Assembly (NCBI GenBank): GCA_040954595.2
Contig: CM082585.2
Span: forward strand, 11,451,451-11,515,450
Source: Balanoglossus misakiensis
Taxonomy: Eukaryota > Animalia > Hemichordata
Direction of reading: 5' to 3'
DNA: 64,000 nucleotides
The notes below the pieces were generated by a model. That model was not told the origin of the DNA, ran no database searches, and saw only the letters and a list, made by a program, of their open reading frames with translations. Made by a program: the position numbers and the translations under genes. This document shows, piece by piece, positions 27,020 through 40,439 of the stretch. Within the stretch, counting starts at the first letter, position 1, and every line of letters starts with the position of its first letter.

Positions 27020-29887
27020 GTCTCTTAAAACACGAGATATTTCAACCTGTCAATCCCGTTTACCCTTATTCATCCTAAGATCATTTTCATGTATAAGTGT
27101 AATCAAGCTAACTTGACATTGATATGATTTGGCGAGACACCTGGGAATATGAGAGAACACAATTCTAAAATTAGCGAACTGTGAAATTTTCTCGTTCAAA
27201 TTTTTCATAATGGGTCGATGCAAGATACAGCTACTGCTTCCGTCCATGTAAACATCCCACCCTCATTAGAAAACTGCAACCTACTCATTTGAATGTTAAC
27301 AGAAGAATAGATACAGTCGATGAAAGAGCGCGCACTAAAGAAACGTTGTAGAGATCGCTATTGTCGCTGGTTGCGTAGCGACGAAAGTTTGATTTATTGT
27401 GCATCAGTTCACTAAGAGATGGGTCAATCAATGTAAATGGAACGCAGTAATAAAATGTTTGTCTACCGGAATCAAGTTACCTTAAAACACTCTCTTTTCC
27501 AAGGCAATTTTGATGAAATCCACTTCGTTTTCTTATGAACTGAGAAAGAAAACGGAATGGAAACAATGGTCAATCCACTTCTTTCGATTTCCATCGTCTG
27601 CTACCGTTCATGTTCCTTCCGGCTAACATTCGTTGAAGTATATTCTTCAGTGGCGCCATTAGATAAAGGCTTTTCTGCCTAATACACGGAGGGTGTGGCT
27701 CGATATTCCCTTACAAACGGAAACCGTGATGCATGGTGGGCTTTATGCAATATGTCCGCCATTTTGAATAAATGTCCCAATTATTGTTTGGTACAGGCTC
27801 TTTCTATTGTGTGAGTCCAATTTCCATCTGTGAGCAACCTTTTGACCTCTTGACCTCGCTGTATGAGATGCTGCATGCAGAAACAAGAAATCCAAATAGT
27901 CATCGTAGATGGCGCGCTAACATTTTCTTAGGTAGGCTTGAACCGAACAGGCCAGTTTGCTGGATGCGGCTACATTCTACATAACGCAACTAAAAATTCC
28001 ATACCATTGAGCTACAATTTGAAGTCCTGTGAAACTATACCTTATGTCATTGTACCTGTAAATTAATTTCTACTAGTCAATTAATTAAGCTAAGTGGCCA
28101 ACGCTTTAATCAATCGCTTGTCACGGTGCAAACAAGCAGAAATGTGTACAATCACAACTGAACACGTGAAAGGCGCAATTGACACATTTGAAAAGAAGTT
28201 TGTAGACATTTTCTATTTTTGCAATCGCTCTGAATAATCTTCAGAAGTGTAGAGTGCAAAAGAATGCACCTCTGTCGTTTGAGTCTGGGGCACACTCCAA
28301 CAGGTGGTTGGAATAGCGCCTTCAACGTCATAAATTCTCTTACCGACGGGAACTCCTCTTTGACCGAGTAACAACACCAACTTTACTTTGTGGCTATCGG
28401 GCGCCCTCAATAATGTTTTTTACATCATATGTTTGTGAGGGCGCTGTCATGAGTTCGTCAAAAGTCTCTGTGGATTTTTGCAATTCGATGTTTGGTATTA
28501 TTTCATCAGAAAATAGGCCTTATGAGCAAAGTGAGCGAAGGTGTTTGTGTTTCTTCTTTGATAACCTGTTCTGGGGTTTTCCCGAGCGACGCCAGAGAGA
28601 GAGATACATCGGTATGTGTTTCTCCCACAAGCCAAGTCTTTCACCAGACGGCAGACACAACGAATAGACTGGGTACAGGCGTAACACTTGTTTACTAGAA
28701 AAAGAGCTAGTTGGTCTCTGAAGTAATAAAGGCATTCACTGACTGTGTGTAGACATGGTTCTGCATTGTCCGAATGTTGACCGCCTCAATAAGTTGCCAT
28801 TCCTACTGGCGAGAAAAATAAGAGTCGAAAAGGGAGGCAAAACGACCACAAAGCCAACCGCATTCCGTGACACATTGACGAGTCCGTCCATTCTTCTTTT
28901 TCTTTCAAGCCCCCCTTTTCGGAAAAAAAAGAACCTTGTATGTACGACTTAGAAAGAAAGCTCACAGAAGGCGCCTTTCTTCTCATTGTTTGGGCAGAGG
29001 GCATTCAGTGTATATGTACTGACTTGGCAGGGATCATGGGAAAACAATGGAAGATATGCAAGCCTTCAGCGAAGACGCGATCAAAAAACAGTCGCCTCAC
29101 TTTTCGCCGTTCTTTCCCCCGACAAGTTAACCAATGCATCCGAATACCCCCCCCCCCCCCGCACAATGCTGAAGGAATGCGAGGACTTCCTGTGAGGGGA
29201 GACTAAATCGCGGTCGGTATTTGTCTGTTTTGCTACTGCCACAATTAAGAATTTTTTGTCTTGTTGTAATGAACTTATGCCACAAAATTATCTGTTCAAT
29301 AATAGGCATATATATGGATTCCTTTCCCTAATATTTGCCCACATTGTGTTGTTTACGCAAAATATATGCGATATTTCATAATTGTAACTGTGCAAGTCCA
29401 AAATGATGCGAGGGACGACTTTGGTTGATCTGTGTGATAAGTCAAAATTAAGTGTCTGTTTGTGATATGGATGTGTGATCGGGAGTCAGTCATCCATAGT
29501 GCCAATAACGCATGCCTTGATTGCTGATAGAACCCACAACTTGACGGTGTTCAAAAACAACACACTCCATCCAATTTAAATAGAATGCAGGTTTTCTTCC
29601 CAGCCATCACGCCCACGGCTCTTTGACAGCAAACACGAGCTTTTGTCCGCGACACATAAACATCGGCTAAGAAGGAAATCGTTGTCATTTTTCTGGGACT
29701 GTTTTTTAACAAGAAGACTGTTTAGGGCGTTGATCACTGATGACTCGCGGTGTTTCTCTGTTTGTGTTTGCCACTGAAGGGCTACTCAAATCAGACCGTT
29801 TGTTACAATTTCACGCTTCTGTATAACATTGCCGACGGTGAGGGTGACTGGCTTGAGGATTGCACAACAGTTAACACTGACTTTAAC

Positions 29888-29980
29888 CTCTCTCTCTCTC
29901 TCACTCTGTGTCTTCCTGTGTCTCACTCTCCCCCCTCCCTTTCTCTTTCCCCTTATCTCTCTCTCTCTCTCTCTCTCTCT
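29888..29980. repeat. Interrupted CT-rich microsatellite
   Basis: Two (CT)n runs joined by pyrimidine-rich sequence. Confidence 0.85.
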
Positions 29981-32900
29981 GTCACGTGTAGTTGTAGTCG
30001 TCATTTCTGTCAGGAGGGCGTGGCTTTCGTTTTTATCATGATGGTTTCCTCTTCATGCAGGTGATCCATCTCGTTCTTCCCATAAACGCTATCAAGTAAA
30101 TACCATTTCCGTGTTTTAAATATGATCAGTTTTATTGCGTTCAAAATCACCTCTCGATGGCCATAACTCCGCCCTTCACAATGGTTTTTCGTAGAGTCCG
30201 GATCTAATATGGTATACTTTCGATGCAAAGCTCGAATACAATGCTGTCATCTTTATCTTCCAAATGCGATGTTCCCTTGGAACGATTCGATGCAGCTCGA
30301 TATTTTGATTGGGCTTTTAATAACAGCAGTTCAGAACGAAGAATGGAGCAAGATAGAGAATGTTATGTATTCTGCAGGTCAAGGGAACATATGACGTAAT
30401 CTTGACATTGGCATTACAGTTGACACACAGCGCCCTCAATAATTAATAAGCCAGGTAGTCGATTGTGTGTATGTCTAATCGATATCTCACGCTGAGCATT
30501 GTAAAGGTGTTTGTGAATCTCTATAATGAATAAGTGACTTCATTGATAAAGATAAAAATGCGCCACTGAATGCAAAATTTAAGATCGGCTGTAATTAGTT
30601 TTTATGTGCCGCCGTAAATCTCTGATGTCATTGTCATTCAATTCAATCTAATCATTGTTCCAAGTACATCGTTATCGTTCGTTACATAATTAACAATAAA
30701 AACGCTAAAAGAGATAATTTTTATCTCCTGCAATTACAACAGATTGAGAAATTGACAAATCAGTCAATGAGGGCGGCGTTTCTTCCAATAAGTGCATATT
30801 TGAATTTTTATGACCGCGCCTTTAATTTTTTTTTACAGTGAATGCGAATTGGGGGACCAAGACGATGTATCCGTTTCCAAGACAACCCGGTGATCAGAAA
30901 AGATCCAAGAACAAAATGTGAAAGTGGTGAGTTTCCAAATGTACGCAGAAATGCACACAGCCTGTGGCCGGCTATGCACAGAATTTTGACAGATTCCAGA
31001 ATGGAACATTTCTGTTAAACTGGTGGCCCTACATGCACATGAGAATTCAAGCACCTGTGATCGGTAACTTGTCAGTAAATGTTGCAGTAGAAGGGGGTCT
31101 ATACGTGCACGTGGGTGGGGGATACAATGGTCTCTTTTGGGTCACTCGATATCACACGACCAAATCTTCGGGCTGGCTCAACAGACAGACAAACGTTCAA
31201 ACGCTAGTAAAACGATGGAGAGATAGACAAACTGCGTAGAACAGTGCCAGGTAGACAGGCAGATTGAAACAGCGAGAGAAAGACAGATTGTGAAAGAGAC
31301 GGGGAAATAAACTACCGAGACAAAAGGTCAGTTTGGCTGCCTCAGTAGTTTCCCTCTCTGGCAGGAGTGATTACGGGACCTTATAACGATGATGACACGC
31401 ATAGAAATCTCTAAACAGATGTGCACAGCGGCATTAGAATTCTACTGAGGCTGTCTGTTTATACATACAGTTATATCAACTACGTACACTTGGTTGCACT
31501 GGCCTATTCAATTACAGCTAAGTTTGATGCTCCCTCTCATTTCCTTGTTAAAATAATGGCAACAATCGGCGTGATGCTTCAGTTTGCAAATTCGATTCTC
31601 TCCAACCTCTTTGATCTTTTCACCAGCGGAATTGGATCGAGAGTACACATTATGAGTTCGGTTTACATATTTGTCTCCTTAAGTTATCAACAATGGCTGT
31701 CAAAAAAACCTATTAGAAATGATATTCAGGGTTACTCCGCACGGAAAATCGAAGCATAATTAAGTTTGCATAATGCTATTTGCCGGATCTGTTCTGAACA
31801 CGTCGTTTCCTCATTGTATGGCGCGATGACCACATCTTCTTGCGCCAAATGATGTGAAACCGTCTAAATGTGATTTCTCTTTCAAAACGGCGTGAGCAGA
31901 ATCAAAATGGCACAAAAAGGAGGCAAACTTCGACAATTGAATAAGGGGGCAAGTCATTACAGAATTTCAAATTAACGATAATGTTATTTTATGCGTAAAA
32001 TGGCACTAAATTGACTTCAATGTAACCTTTTCGTTCGCGCAACTAACGACACATTCATTTCTGTATGAAATACGGCCAATTTCGGCAAAGTCTGTCTCGA
32101 TTCAGATCCTGATTTTCTTAAAATGGCAAAATTAGCACACACGGCTCTAAATAACCGAGAAGCTCGTTAACCAGCGAGTCGCAGGCGGTATTTTTTTGAA
32201 TTCTGGCGGGAACTAACTTCGTACAACGGGGACAATTTTTCACCCGCCGGCTACAGGCAGTGAAACGACGCGGAACGTAATCTGACTAACTATCTGATTT
32301 AAACAACGACTATCAACGAATGTGACACTTGACATATCTGATTAATTCCTCTTTGAAAACGGACAACTTGTACATCTTAATATAGCGAGGAAGCCTTTCC
32401 CTTAGTTTCATGTTTCCCCTCCAGGGCGTGAGCAACGGGCAAATCGGATCGTTTTTCTTGCGGTTAACAGCTAAACTGATGGACCACGGAACTTAGGTGG
32501 AAATCCCTCCTTTTTCGTGCTCGATCCCAGAGAATTGTTCTGTGATTTTCCATGTTCATATGTCCGTGCGAAAGTGACGGGTTGTACTCTACGTAGATTA
32601 CTAGCGTACCGATAAAATTGATAAGTTAATACACGGCAAACACACAACTTCTCCCCGGTCCGTTTAGATTATTCCTCCGCTGGAATTGAAATCAGACGCC
32701 GCAAGGAAATGGTTCAATTTAGAAGCATTTCATCAAATTATTTGCATCGCCGTTGTCGTTTGTTGACACTCCCTCTGAAATAAAGAGAAGCGAATTCCCG
32801 GACAATAGACCGAGTATCAATCTGATTTTCGGTGATCCTCGGGAAAAAAAAATTGCCATTGACGCTGGCCACTTACACCAAATTGAATCACGTGCAGTCA

Positions 32901-33255
32901 ATGTCAACTTTAATATCAATATGTCGCTTTTGATATCAATATATCAGTATATCAGGATCGTTTACAAAAACATCCGAAGATACGTAAGGCACCGTAGACT
33001 CTGCGTGATGTGAGGGTGGTATGCCTTCTGTCCTATCACGGATCCAACACGACAGGCTGAAATTTGCTCACAGCGTCTCACATGCTCAGTATTGATATGA
33101 TAGGGAGTTATGTAATGTATGATATAAGTTTAAACATAGCGTTAGTCAGTAAGTCAGCTACTCAGTTTACCTTAAAATTGTTTGCACACAAGGAACAGTT
33201 ACATAACATGTATAACACAGGTATATCTAGCAATCTCTAAATATTCAGGTATTAC

Positions 33256-33382
33256 CTCAGAAGACTGTTGAAACTTATAACCACTTCACGGAGTTCAAGA
33301 ATTGTACAATTTTTAAGAGGCTCATAAAAGTTTCATCCAGATATTTTATATGTTCTATAGTTGCCTGTGCTTGTTGTTTCCA
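33256..33382 (-). ncRNA. Candidate non-coding internal exon
   Basis: Acceptor ctctgtttgctcttccag|TGG and donor GAG|gtaata enclose 127 nt with stops in all three frames. Confidence 0.35.
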
Positions 33383-36300
33383 CTGGAAGAGCAAACAGAG
33401 CAACGGGGGTGGCTGACCACAAAACGGAGGGGCTTGTCGGCAGGAACTGCCTTGTCCATCATCGTGGTCGCCAATCAGAAATGGGAATGGCAGTGTTGCT
33501 CGCGAATACAATGAAACTCGGCGGTCCGCAACCACCGACGACCAATATCGTATAGACGTCCGGTTGAACGTCCACCGTCGGGACATGAGACCCAGCCCAA
33601 ACAACAAACAAATAAACAAACGCGGTGATTCAGAAACACGTCACCTGGACATTTGAGACAATCGAGATCTATTCAGAGAGATCATCTACCATGACTGTTA
33701 ACGTAAGCAGGAGTATTCAGCTCCACCGTATCAGATGTACGGTCGACAAATTATAAGGACAAAGCTCCACGCGCATCTAAACCGTCTGTCTGCTAAATTC
33801 CTACCAGCCAACCAGTATATATCCATCCCTCCATCCATTTATCTGCCTGTCTATACCCAACCGTCCATGTATGTAGCATGTCCATCCAACTCACGTTCTC
33901 CCTCCTCCCTCCCCCTCTCTCTCTCGCGCCTGTGGGAGCAAAAAGTGGCGGAGACAGAAAAGAAATAAAATACAGAATAAATCAGAGGAGAGAATGAACA
34001 CACATCCAGAGAAATAATTACTTAGAGTACTGGGGCGAATGATTCTAGAAATCGTACTGCGGCAAACATACGTCAGTTGATTTTTTTCGAGTGAGAGAAC
34101 CCATCTGTCCGACATGTCTGAATTTTTTATTGTTTCTCGCCTTTTTGTGGATTTTATGAGTGTTTTATTCCACACATTCAAAAAATTATCCTTTCTTCTT
34201 GAGTTTCATCCGGGTGACAATTGAATGTGTCTTCGTTGGTCATCAGCAATTGGTCTTCTTACTCACGTGATTTCTGTCGTTCCGGTGTGATGATTGTGGT
34301 CCGGGTGTCACCGAGCTTTCTGGTTGGCATGTGTCCGATTGCTTGACACGTTTGTCCAGTGCACCCAGTGAGTGTCGACATTGAATGTTAGACAGGGTAT
34401 GATAAAACCCAACTCTATTACCCCGGGTGTAAAAGATTCCTTTAATACAGACAGACATCTGTCTGTCCAACCAAGGTCACTTTCATGACCTTGCATAGAT
34501 CCCCCTCCCCCTTCTCGAACTTATGAGTCGTCGTTTTTGAGCGACCCACTCTATCTGACAGCGAATTCATATTGAATATTTTTTTCTTCTGATTATCAGA
34601 ATTGCTGTTCATCATATTTTTCCAGGTATGTGGTTGTAAATATTGGAATTACAGGGTCATAGCCTGAGAGACTCTTGATGTCCAAAACTGTGTCCTATTT
34701 GACATCTGCTCTTGGCAACTTCGAGTGAAACAGAGAGGCTGTGTTTTAGATTAAATTTTAACGCCTGCGCGATGATAATTCTGGCCAGGTTTGGGGGAAC
34801 GCTTATTATTAGTGAGTTTTGCATGGAGAACAGGACAGTAAGATACGATAGCGAAGGTGATTAAGACATGAGCGTGTAAAGCGCGGTGAATTTCTCCTGC
34901 AGAAATGAACTTCCCTGCACAAGGTAGACCCCAAGAATTTCCCCGGTTCAGCCCGGATCACAGGGGGGTGGCACGGAGCATATACAAAAGGCGGACCGGC
35001 AAAGTACTGTGGCGGGTATTGAAAAGAACGAGAGTGAGAAAAAAAAGAATTTCAAAAGAAACAAATACGCGGTATTGAAACCGACAGCGACATGTATTGT
35101 GCGTGCGTGTAATGAAATCAACACACCTCTTTTCAGTCCTACTCGTGTATTGTTCGTAATAAAATTGGAAATAATTCTAATAATAGCGATGTGAATAATG
35201 GGGAACACGGTTGAATAGCCGAGTACACTTCGCCAACAATGAAGTCTTTTCACCAATGAATAGATGTAAATATTCGTGTATTGACTAGAGTCACACAACT
35301 AGCCACACTCCTTTATTTCTTAGGTTTCCGTCGTAGAAAAGACTGGGATGAAATCAACAGTGTACTTGTATGGAGATTAGCAGCGAATCCGTTGCAATTA
35401 ACATACCAAATGCATTTGTTCAAAGGGTCTATGTGGGCCCATTCTCTCCGCGACAATAAACACACGATCGTGTTTACAGGCAGTTCATGCCGGTTGGACA
35501 AGTCGAAACCGATGTCGCTAAGTTTTCTGACTGTGATGGCCGTACGCCACGTGTGCAAGACCCCTTGCGTCGCCTACCGGAGAGCTTTCTCGCTCATCGA
35601 CCGACTGGCGCGGCTCGACATTCCTGGCGACATAGCTCTATTAATTACATTGTAACCGTTAAAAACGTTTGCCTTTTGACACAATTTTACTATTTTCTTA
35701 GCCACTTAAAACACTTATCAACCAAAAGGTGAAGCATTGTCAATTGTTTGGAAGATTATCCTATACCCTATACTTACAAAATGTTTGCTCGTTTGCTGAT
35801 CATATAATAGACTATACGGGAGTCAATGTCAATCGCTGTGTAACACGGTAGCTGATTCTGTAATTAAACTAACCCACTTAATCAAGGCGTGTATGGAAAC
35901 TGTTCACACGTTCCACTTCCCCTTGACAACGCCGGTTGCCACTTTACATTTGGCAAAACGGAAGACGGTGGGACTTAAAGACGTCCAATCGCGCGAGTAA
36001 GTGTCGTGTTCTAGTCAGTGGACTGACTGGTTTGAAGACACGCTCTGAGCTTGATGTCATTGGGGAAACGCATGTCGTTCGATAGTGTCTGTGCGATTTC
36101 GCAACTTTTTCCCGCATAATGCAATTCCTAGTATCTTTCTTTGTTCGCGGTTGTTTTCGGATACTGTTCTTTGGCAACAGTGCGCGACGGAATACCTTTG
36201 AAAAGCAAGGTTGGGCTTTTCATGCCAGAACGATGAAGCAAACAGAGGTCTGACTGGATTAAGCGGTTCTTTCAGTCGACGTCGATTAATATCTCTGTAT

Positions 36301-36410
36301 TCACGTTTACTATACTGTAACGATGGAATGGGGAATTTGGGTGAACGTCGAGATTGGGTAAAGGAATGAAACGGTTGTGATGAAATCAGTGGCTCGTGCG
36401 ATTGAGATCG

Positions 36411-36447
36411 GAGAGAGAGAGAGAGAGAGAGGGGGGGAGAGAGAGAG
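36411..36447. repeat. (GA)n purine tract
   Basis: GA run interrupted by a short G run. Confidence 0.85.
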
Positions 36448-37359
36448 TTACATAGATATGTTCGATATTGATTCAGAGTGAATATTCTTCGAAATGCGCA
36501 TTGTCTGATGCGTGGACAAAAACACGCAATCAAAAAGACGATGATGTGGGAGTTCAAAGCATTGCTTGAATGAGACGTTCGCTGGTTGGAAAGGATACCA
36601 TTACTATCGTGTCATCTGCTCGCTTCTTCTCATCGGAGAGATGCGTACAACACACACCCTAGAAAGATTGTATCAGATTCATCCCCCTTTTCTTTGCTCT
36701 GATTCCAGAACAACTAAACCTCTCAATTTGACAATTTCCGAGTCAAACTAGAGAAGATACACATACACAGTCGAGTTTCATTTCAAAATGTCAGACATTT
36801 GCTTTTTTGTTGGGAAGTCACGACCTTGTGAAATGCGGCATTTGTTGGTTCCCCGTCCGTATCAGCGCGCGTAGTCTGAGTGCGCTATCTGTCGATTACA
36901 CTATCAGCGCGTCTTTCCAAGGCTCGACGGTCTTTTATCATGTTAATACGGTTGTACATTGATGAAGTGTGACAGCAACCGTCCCATTAACTTAAATACA
37001 AATCTTATCAATTTGCCCGCGACTGTTAAGCTCACAATCCGGTTTCCGTGCCTGTTATGTGTATTTTTCAGGTGTTTACCGAAAGTACTGCTTGTTTGTT
37101 TGTCGCACCGATGTCTGTACAGAATTCTCTCATATTTTGTTTTAAGCAACGATTATTGACAAGGAATTGCATGTCTGTTTCAAAATCGAAGCGACAGCCC
37201 CCGAGCGCGCTATCAGCAATGTTTTTGCGATTTCGACGTAAAACGGGGAAGGTAATTGGCTTGGATGCGCCAGTCTGTTGTGGGCTGGCGGTAAGGTCAT
37301 AACACACACTCTGCATTCACAAACACTTTTGACCGGCAGCTCTGCACTGCAATAGGACT

Positions 37360-37935
37360 TCAATCAAAGCCTGCCAACACAATGAAGCAACACAATTGTT
37401 AGGATTAAAGGGGGTCATTTGCATTACTTAGCACAATTATTGTCCCTTTGTGGCACGTCATTTTCAATGACCACGTAAAACTCATCCAGAGTCTTTTGTA
37501 AAAACCACCCTAGTAGAGTCGAGCGGAACGCGGTGCGACAGGTAGACCGCACCTTCCATTGGTTCGAGTTCAAGTTCGTTCAAAATAGCAGTCGCGACGG
37601 GCTCCCCTCCCCTCCATCGATTCAACTCCGAATACCTGTCTTTTATTTAACCCTGTCCGTAGTATCGAATGGACCTTGCTAAATATTTATTTTTGTTGTA
37701 TAGTAAGGATTTCTCCGGCCTTTCACAACAAGTCTATTCAGATGCTCCTGCCATCATCAATACCCCTCAAGCCTTTCTCAGCGGTCACACCCCTCTATTC
37801 ACCGTACCCCTTTCATAACACTTTGTCCCAGTTTATTTATTCTTTTGAATTTCCTTTCAGCCCATTGTAAGTAGTTGGCTGACACATTCTCATGCAAATC
37901 AACGGTATCACCGCCTTTGTGGACAGAACAATCGT
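37360..37935. promoter_or_regulatory. Downstream enhancer candidate with TCF, Sox, Otx and POU sites
   Basis: ATCAAAG, ACAATG, ACAATT, GGATTA, an octamer ATTTGCAT (37417-37424) and CCTTTGT fall within 37360-37455. A Sox-Oct-like composite CATTCTCATGCAAAT (37885-37899) is flanked by further Sox sites. Confidence 0.5.
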
Positions 37936-37967
37936 TTTGATTCAGTTTATCGCCTGTTCAGCGTTCA

Positions 37968-38018
37968 TTTATTTATTTATGTCATATTAGCCATTCAGAA
38001 TCTCATGTATTTTTTATT
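37968..38018 (-). other. Candidate polyadenylation signals of SoxB2 (3' UTR about 1.5 kb)
   Basis: The first canonical AATAAA hexamers I could find on the minus strand after the stop codon are at 38018-38013 and around 37973-37968. The intervening sequence is U-rich on the minus strand, like a 3' UTR. Confidence 0.35.
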
Positions 38019-39500
38019 GTGTTGTTATTTTTCGCCTTTTGTACCTCAGCAAAAGCCCTTTATATTATTTATACTGCGAACAAGAATGAACAATGCGTGC
38101 ATAGAGTAACCGACCTATTGAATCCACCCAGCTGCATGTACATGTATATATATATGTTCATGAAACCATGATGAAACGAACTTAATTTTGTTCTCAGAAA
38201 CAGTGTGCTGATACCAGTTCGCGATCAACTACATCGTTTTTGCTCTTCTGTACAGAACTCCCCTGTCCTTCAAGAATATCGTCAACACCACTAATCACAA
38301 TATGTTCGTGTTTTTCCCACTGTAACTATGGGGGTGGAGCTAACACGGACCAGATATATTTTCCCCGTAACAACTAAGCTACTCACAAAAAACATGAGAA
38401 TCGTTTGCGGTTATTTAACTTGGGGGCGACATGAAAACGCGGAAGCAGTCGAAAGGTACACTACAAGTCGCGGAGAGCAATTTAGTTGACAAGCAACGCT
38501 GGAAAGTGAGCATTACAACGTGATGCGGCGAAATATTGTCTGTCAAACGTTTCCTTGTCTTTCTTTACTGTCTAACAGTCAAGCACCTGTTGTGTAGAAA
38601 CACCACCAAGCTTTGTGATACCAAACCATAGTAGGTGTTTACAACCACAGTTGGAAGTGGCAATATTTGTCACTACTTACACAAAGGAGTAATATACACA
38701 CACTAATACCTTTCGGGAAACACACACAAACACCCATTGACGTCGACATAATGACTTTTTCTCTTTTTACTTTGACTTAGTTCAAAGACTGAACAGACTC
38801 GACACAATTTACATCTGACAGAAAAAAATCAGCATTAAATAAAGACTGCTATAACAAATACAAAATAACATCTTTTTGATTTGTGACATTCAAATTACGA
38901 TAGATTTGCATCATTTTCAGCAAAAATAAGTCAATAGAATTTTACACTCTTAAAATATTATCTAAATATTCAAACACGGAAATTTGTTAGACTTTCGAGT
39001 TCTACTTGTTCCATGACAAGGCAGCATTAGTAAAGTCATTTTAGAACACCAACTTGAACAAAATAATTTCAGTACTTTACTTAATAAACATTAAAAAACT
39101 GCTTCGCTTTACCCCTCAACCGTCGTTGAAAATAAATTTACAAAAAATCGGCGAAATAAATAGCCGAAAAATGTAACGTATAAACACCATAGTGGTTTTC
39201 TTAAATCGGGGAGGGATAGGGTTATCGTTAGGGTGAAACGAAAATTTCAAAAATGGCTTTAACCGCTCCGTTCTACTTGAAAAAAACTTGCAATACTTTT
39301 GCACAGGTAGAAGCTTTGGGTCAGCGTTGTACCTAGAAATAATATATAAAGTAACTCAATTTTAGGAAACCATATGATACGATTCCCTCGTCTAAGGTGT
39401 TCATAAGCTTAGTTAACAATCCCAGCCGATTAAGCTAGGTCAAACACAAGATAATTGTTTTAAGAGTTTGAATAGTCTTACTCGATCAGTCTGTGTATGC

Positions 39501-40238
39501 CTACATGTGCGATGTCGGCGGTGGGTGAGCTGTGTGGTGGGAAGGGTGTGTCGCGGAATAGTGATCCTCGGGTTTGACCAGAATGTAGGCGACAGGGCGT
39601 CGGAGTGGGTCCTGAGCTGGCTGCCAACAGTTACAAGGCATCATATATTGCTGTCCAGGCATTCCGGGCGTAGGATGCGTATGTGTGTGCGGTGTAGGGA
39701 TGGACGCCGCCCCGAACGCACTGCCAGGTAAGCTCGGGTAAAGGTGTGACGAGTATAGCGGGTTGGCACCTGGGTACGACCCGGCGTCGAGTTTACTGCT
39801 GACCGAAGCGTTCACAGAGTCCAACAGTGAGTACGGCGATGTCGTATTTGGCAAGTAAGAACGGACCTTTTCCGACGCAGAATAGGTACTATATATATCG
39901 TTGGCCGATGACGTTGAAGTAAAGTTACCACTGGTGGGAATACACGGTATGGGAAACGCATACCTGTCTTTCTTCAATAAAGATTTCGGCTTACGTCGTG
40001 GCCGATACTTGTAATCGGGGTGTTCCTTCATGTGCAAGGCTCGTAGTCTTTTGGCTTCGTCGATAAACGGTCTCTTCTCAACCTCTGACAACAGTTTCCA
40101 CTCGGCTCCAAGTCGCTTACTTATCTCAGAATTGTGCATTTTTGGATTCTCCTGTGCCATCTTCCGCCGCTGACCACGAGACCACACCATGAAGGCATTC
40201 ATGGGACGTTTCACATGATCGACTGGTTTGCAGGCCAT
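39501..40238 (-). CDS. SoxB2: Group B2 Sox HMG-box transcription factor (Sox14/Sox21 orthologue), single exon, 245 aa
   Basis: The HMG box starts almost at the N-terminus ([44 protein letters not shown]...[11 protein letters not shown]) and is followed by the group-B motif [14 protein letters not shown]. The C-terminus has YMMPCNC...PVAYIL, which matches the Sox14/21 PCNC...PVAYIL block. The ORF is intronless with a good Kozak context (gcaatATGG). Confidence 0.97.
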   Translation of the reverse strand: MACKPVDHVKRPMNAFMVWSRGQRRKMAQENPKMHNSEISKRLGAEWKLLSEVEKRPFIDEAKRLRALHMKEHPDYKYRPRRKPKSLLKKDRYAFPIPCIPTSGNFTSTSSANDIYSTYSASEKVRSYLPNTTSPYSLLDSVNASVSSKLDAGSYPGANPLYSSHLYPSLPGSAFGAASIPTPHTHTHPTPGMPGQQYMMPCNCWQPAQDPLRRPVAYILVKPEDHYSATHPSHHTAHPPPTSHM

Positions 40239-40439
40239 ATTGCTGTCGTGTTTTTAACACTTTTTGAAAACGCGGTCACTGTATGAGGTAGTACAGTACG
40301 GTCACAGACACGTCTCAAGTCAGTAGGAATGACTTTCGTAAGTTGCTGGCCTTGTCAACAGTCCGAAAACTCGAACATATACACACTATTCCGGCACTTG
40401 AAACACTAGCCGTCGTCAGTTGCGTGTGTCACCAAACGT

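Noticed and set aside
37510-37575. tRNA or tRNA-SINE head (A-box-like AGTCGAGCGG, B-box-like GGTTCGAGTTC)
   Set aside because: Both boxes are imperfect and I could not build a cloverleaf; tRNAscan-SE would settle it.
39468-39731. Plus-strand ORF overlapping SoxB2
   Set aside because: It is an antisense shadow of the GC-rich CDS, with a non-ATG start.
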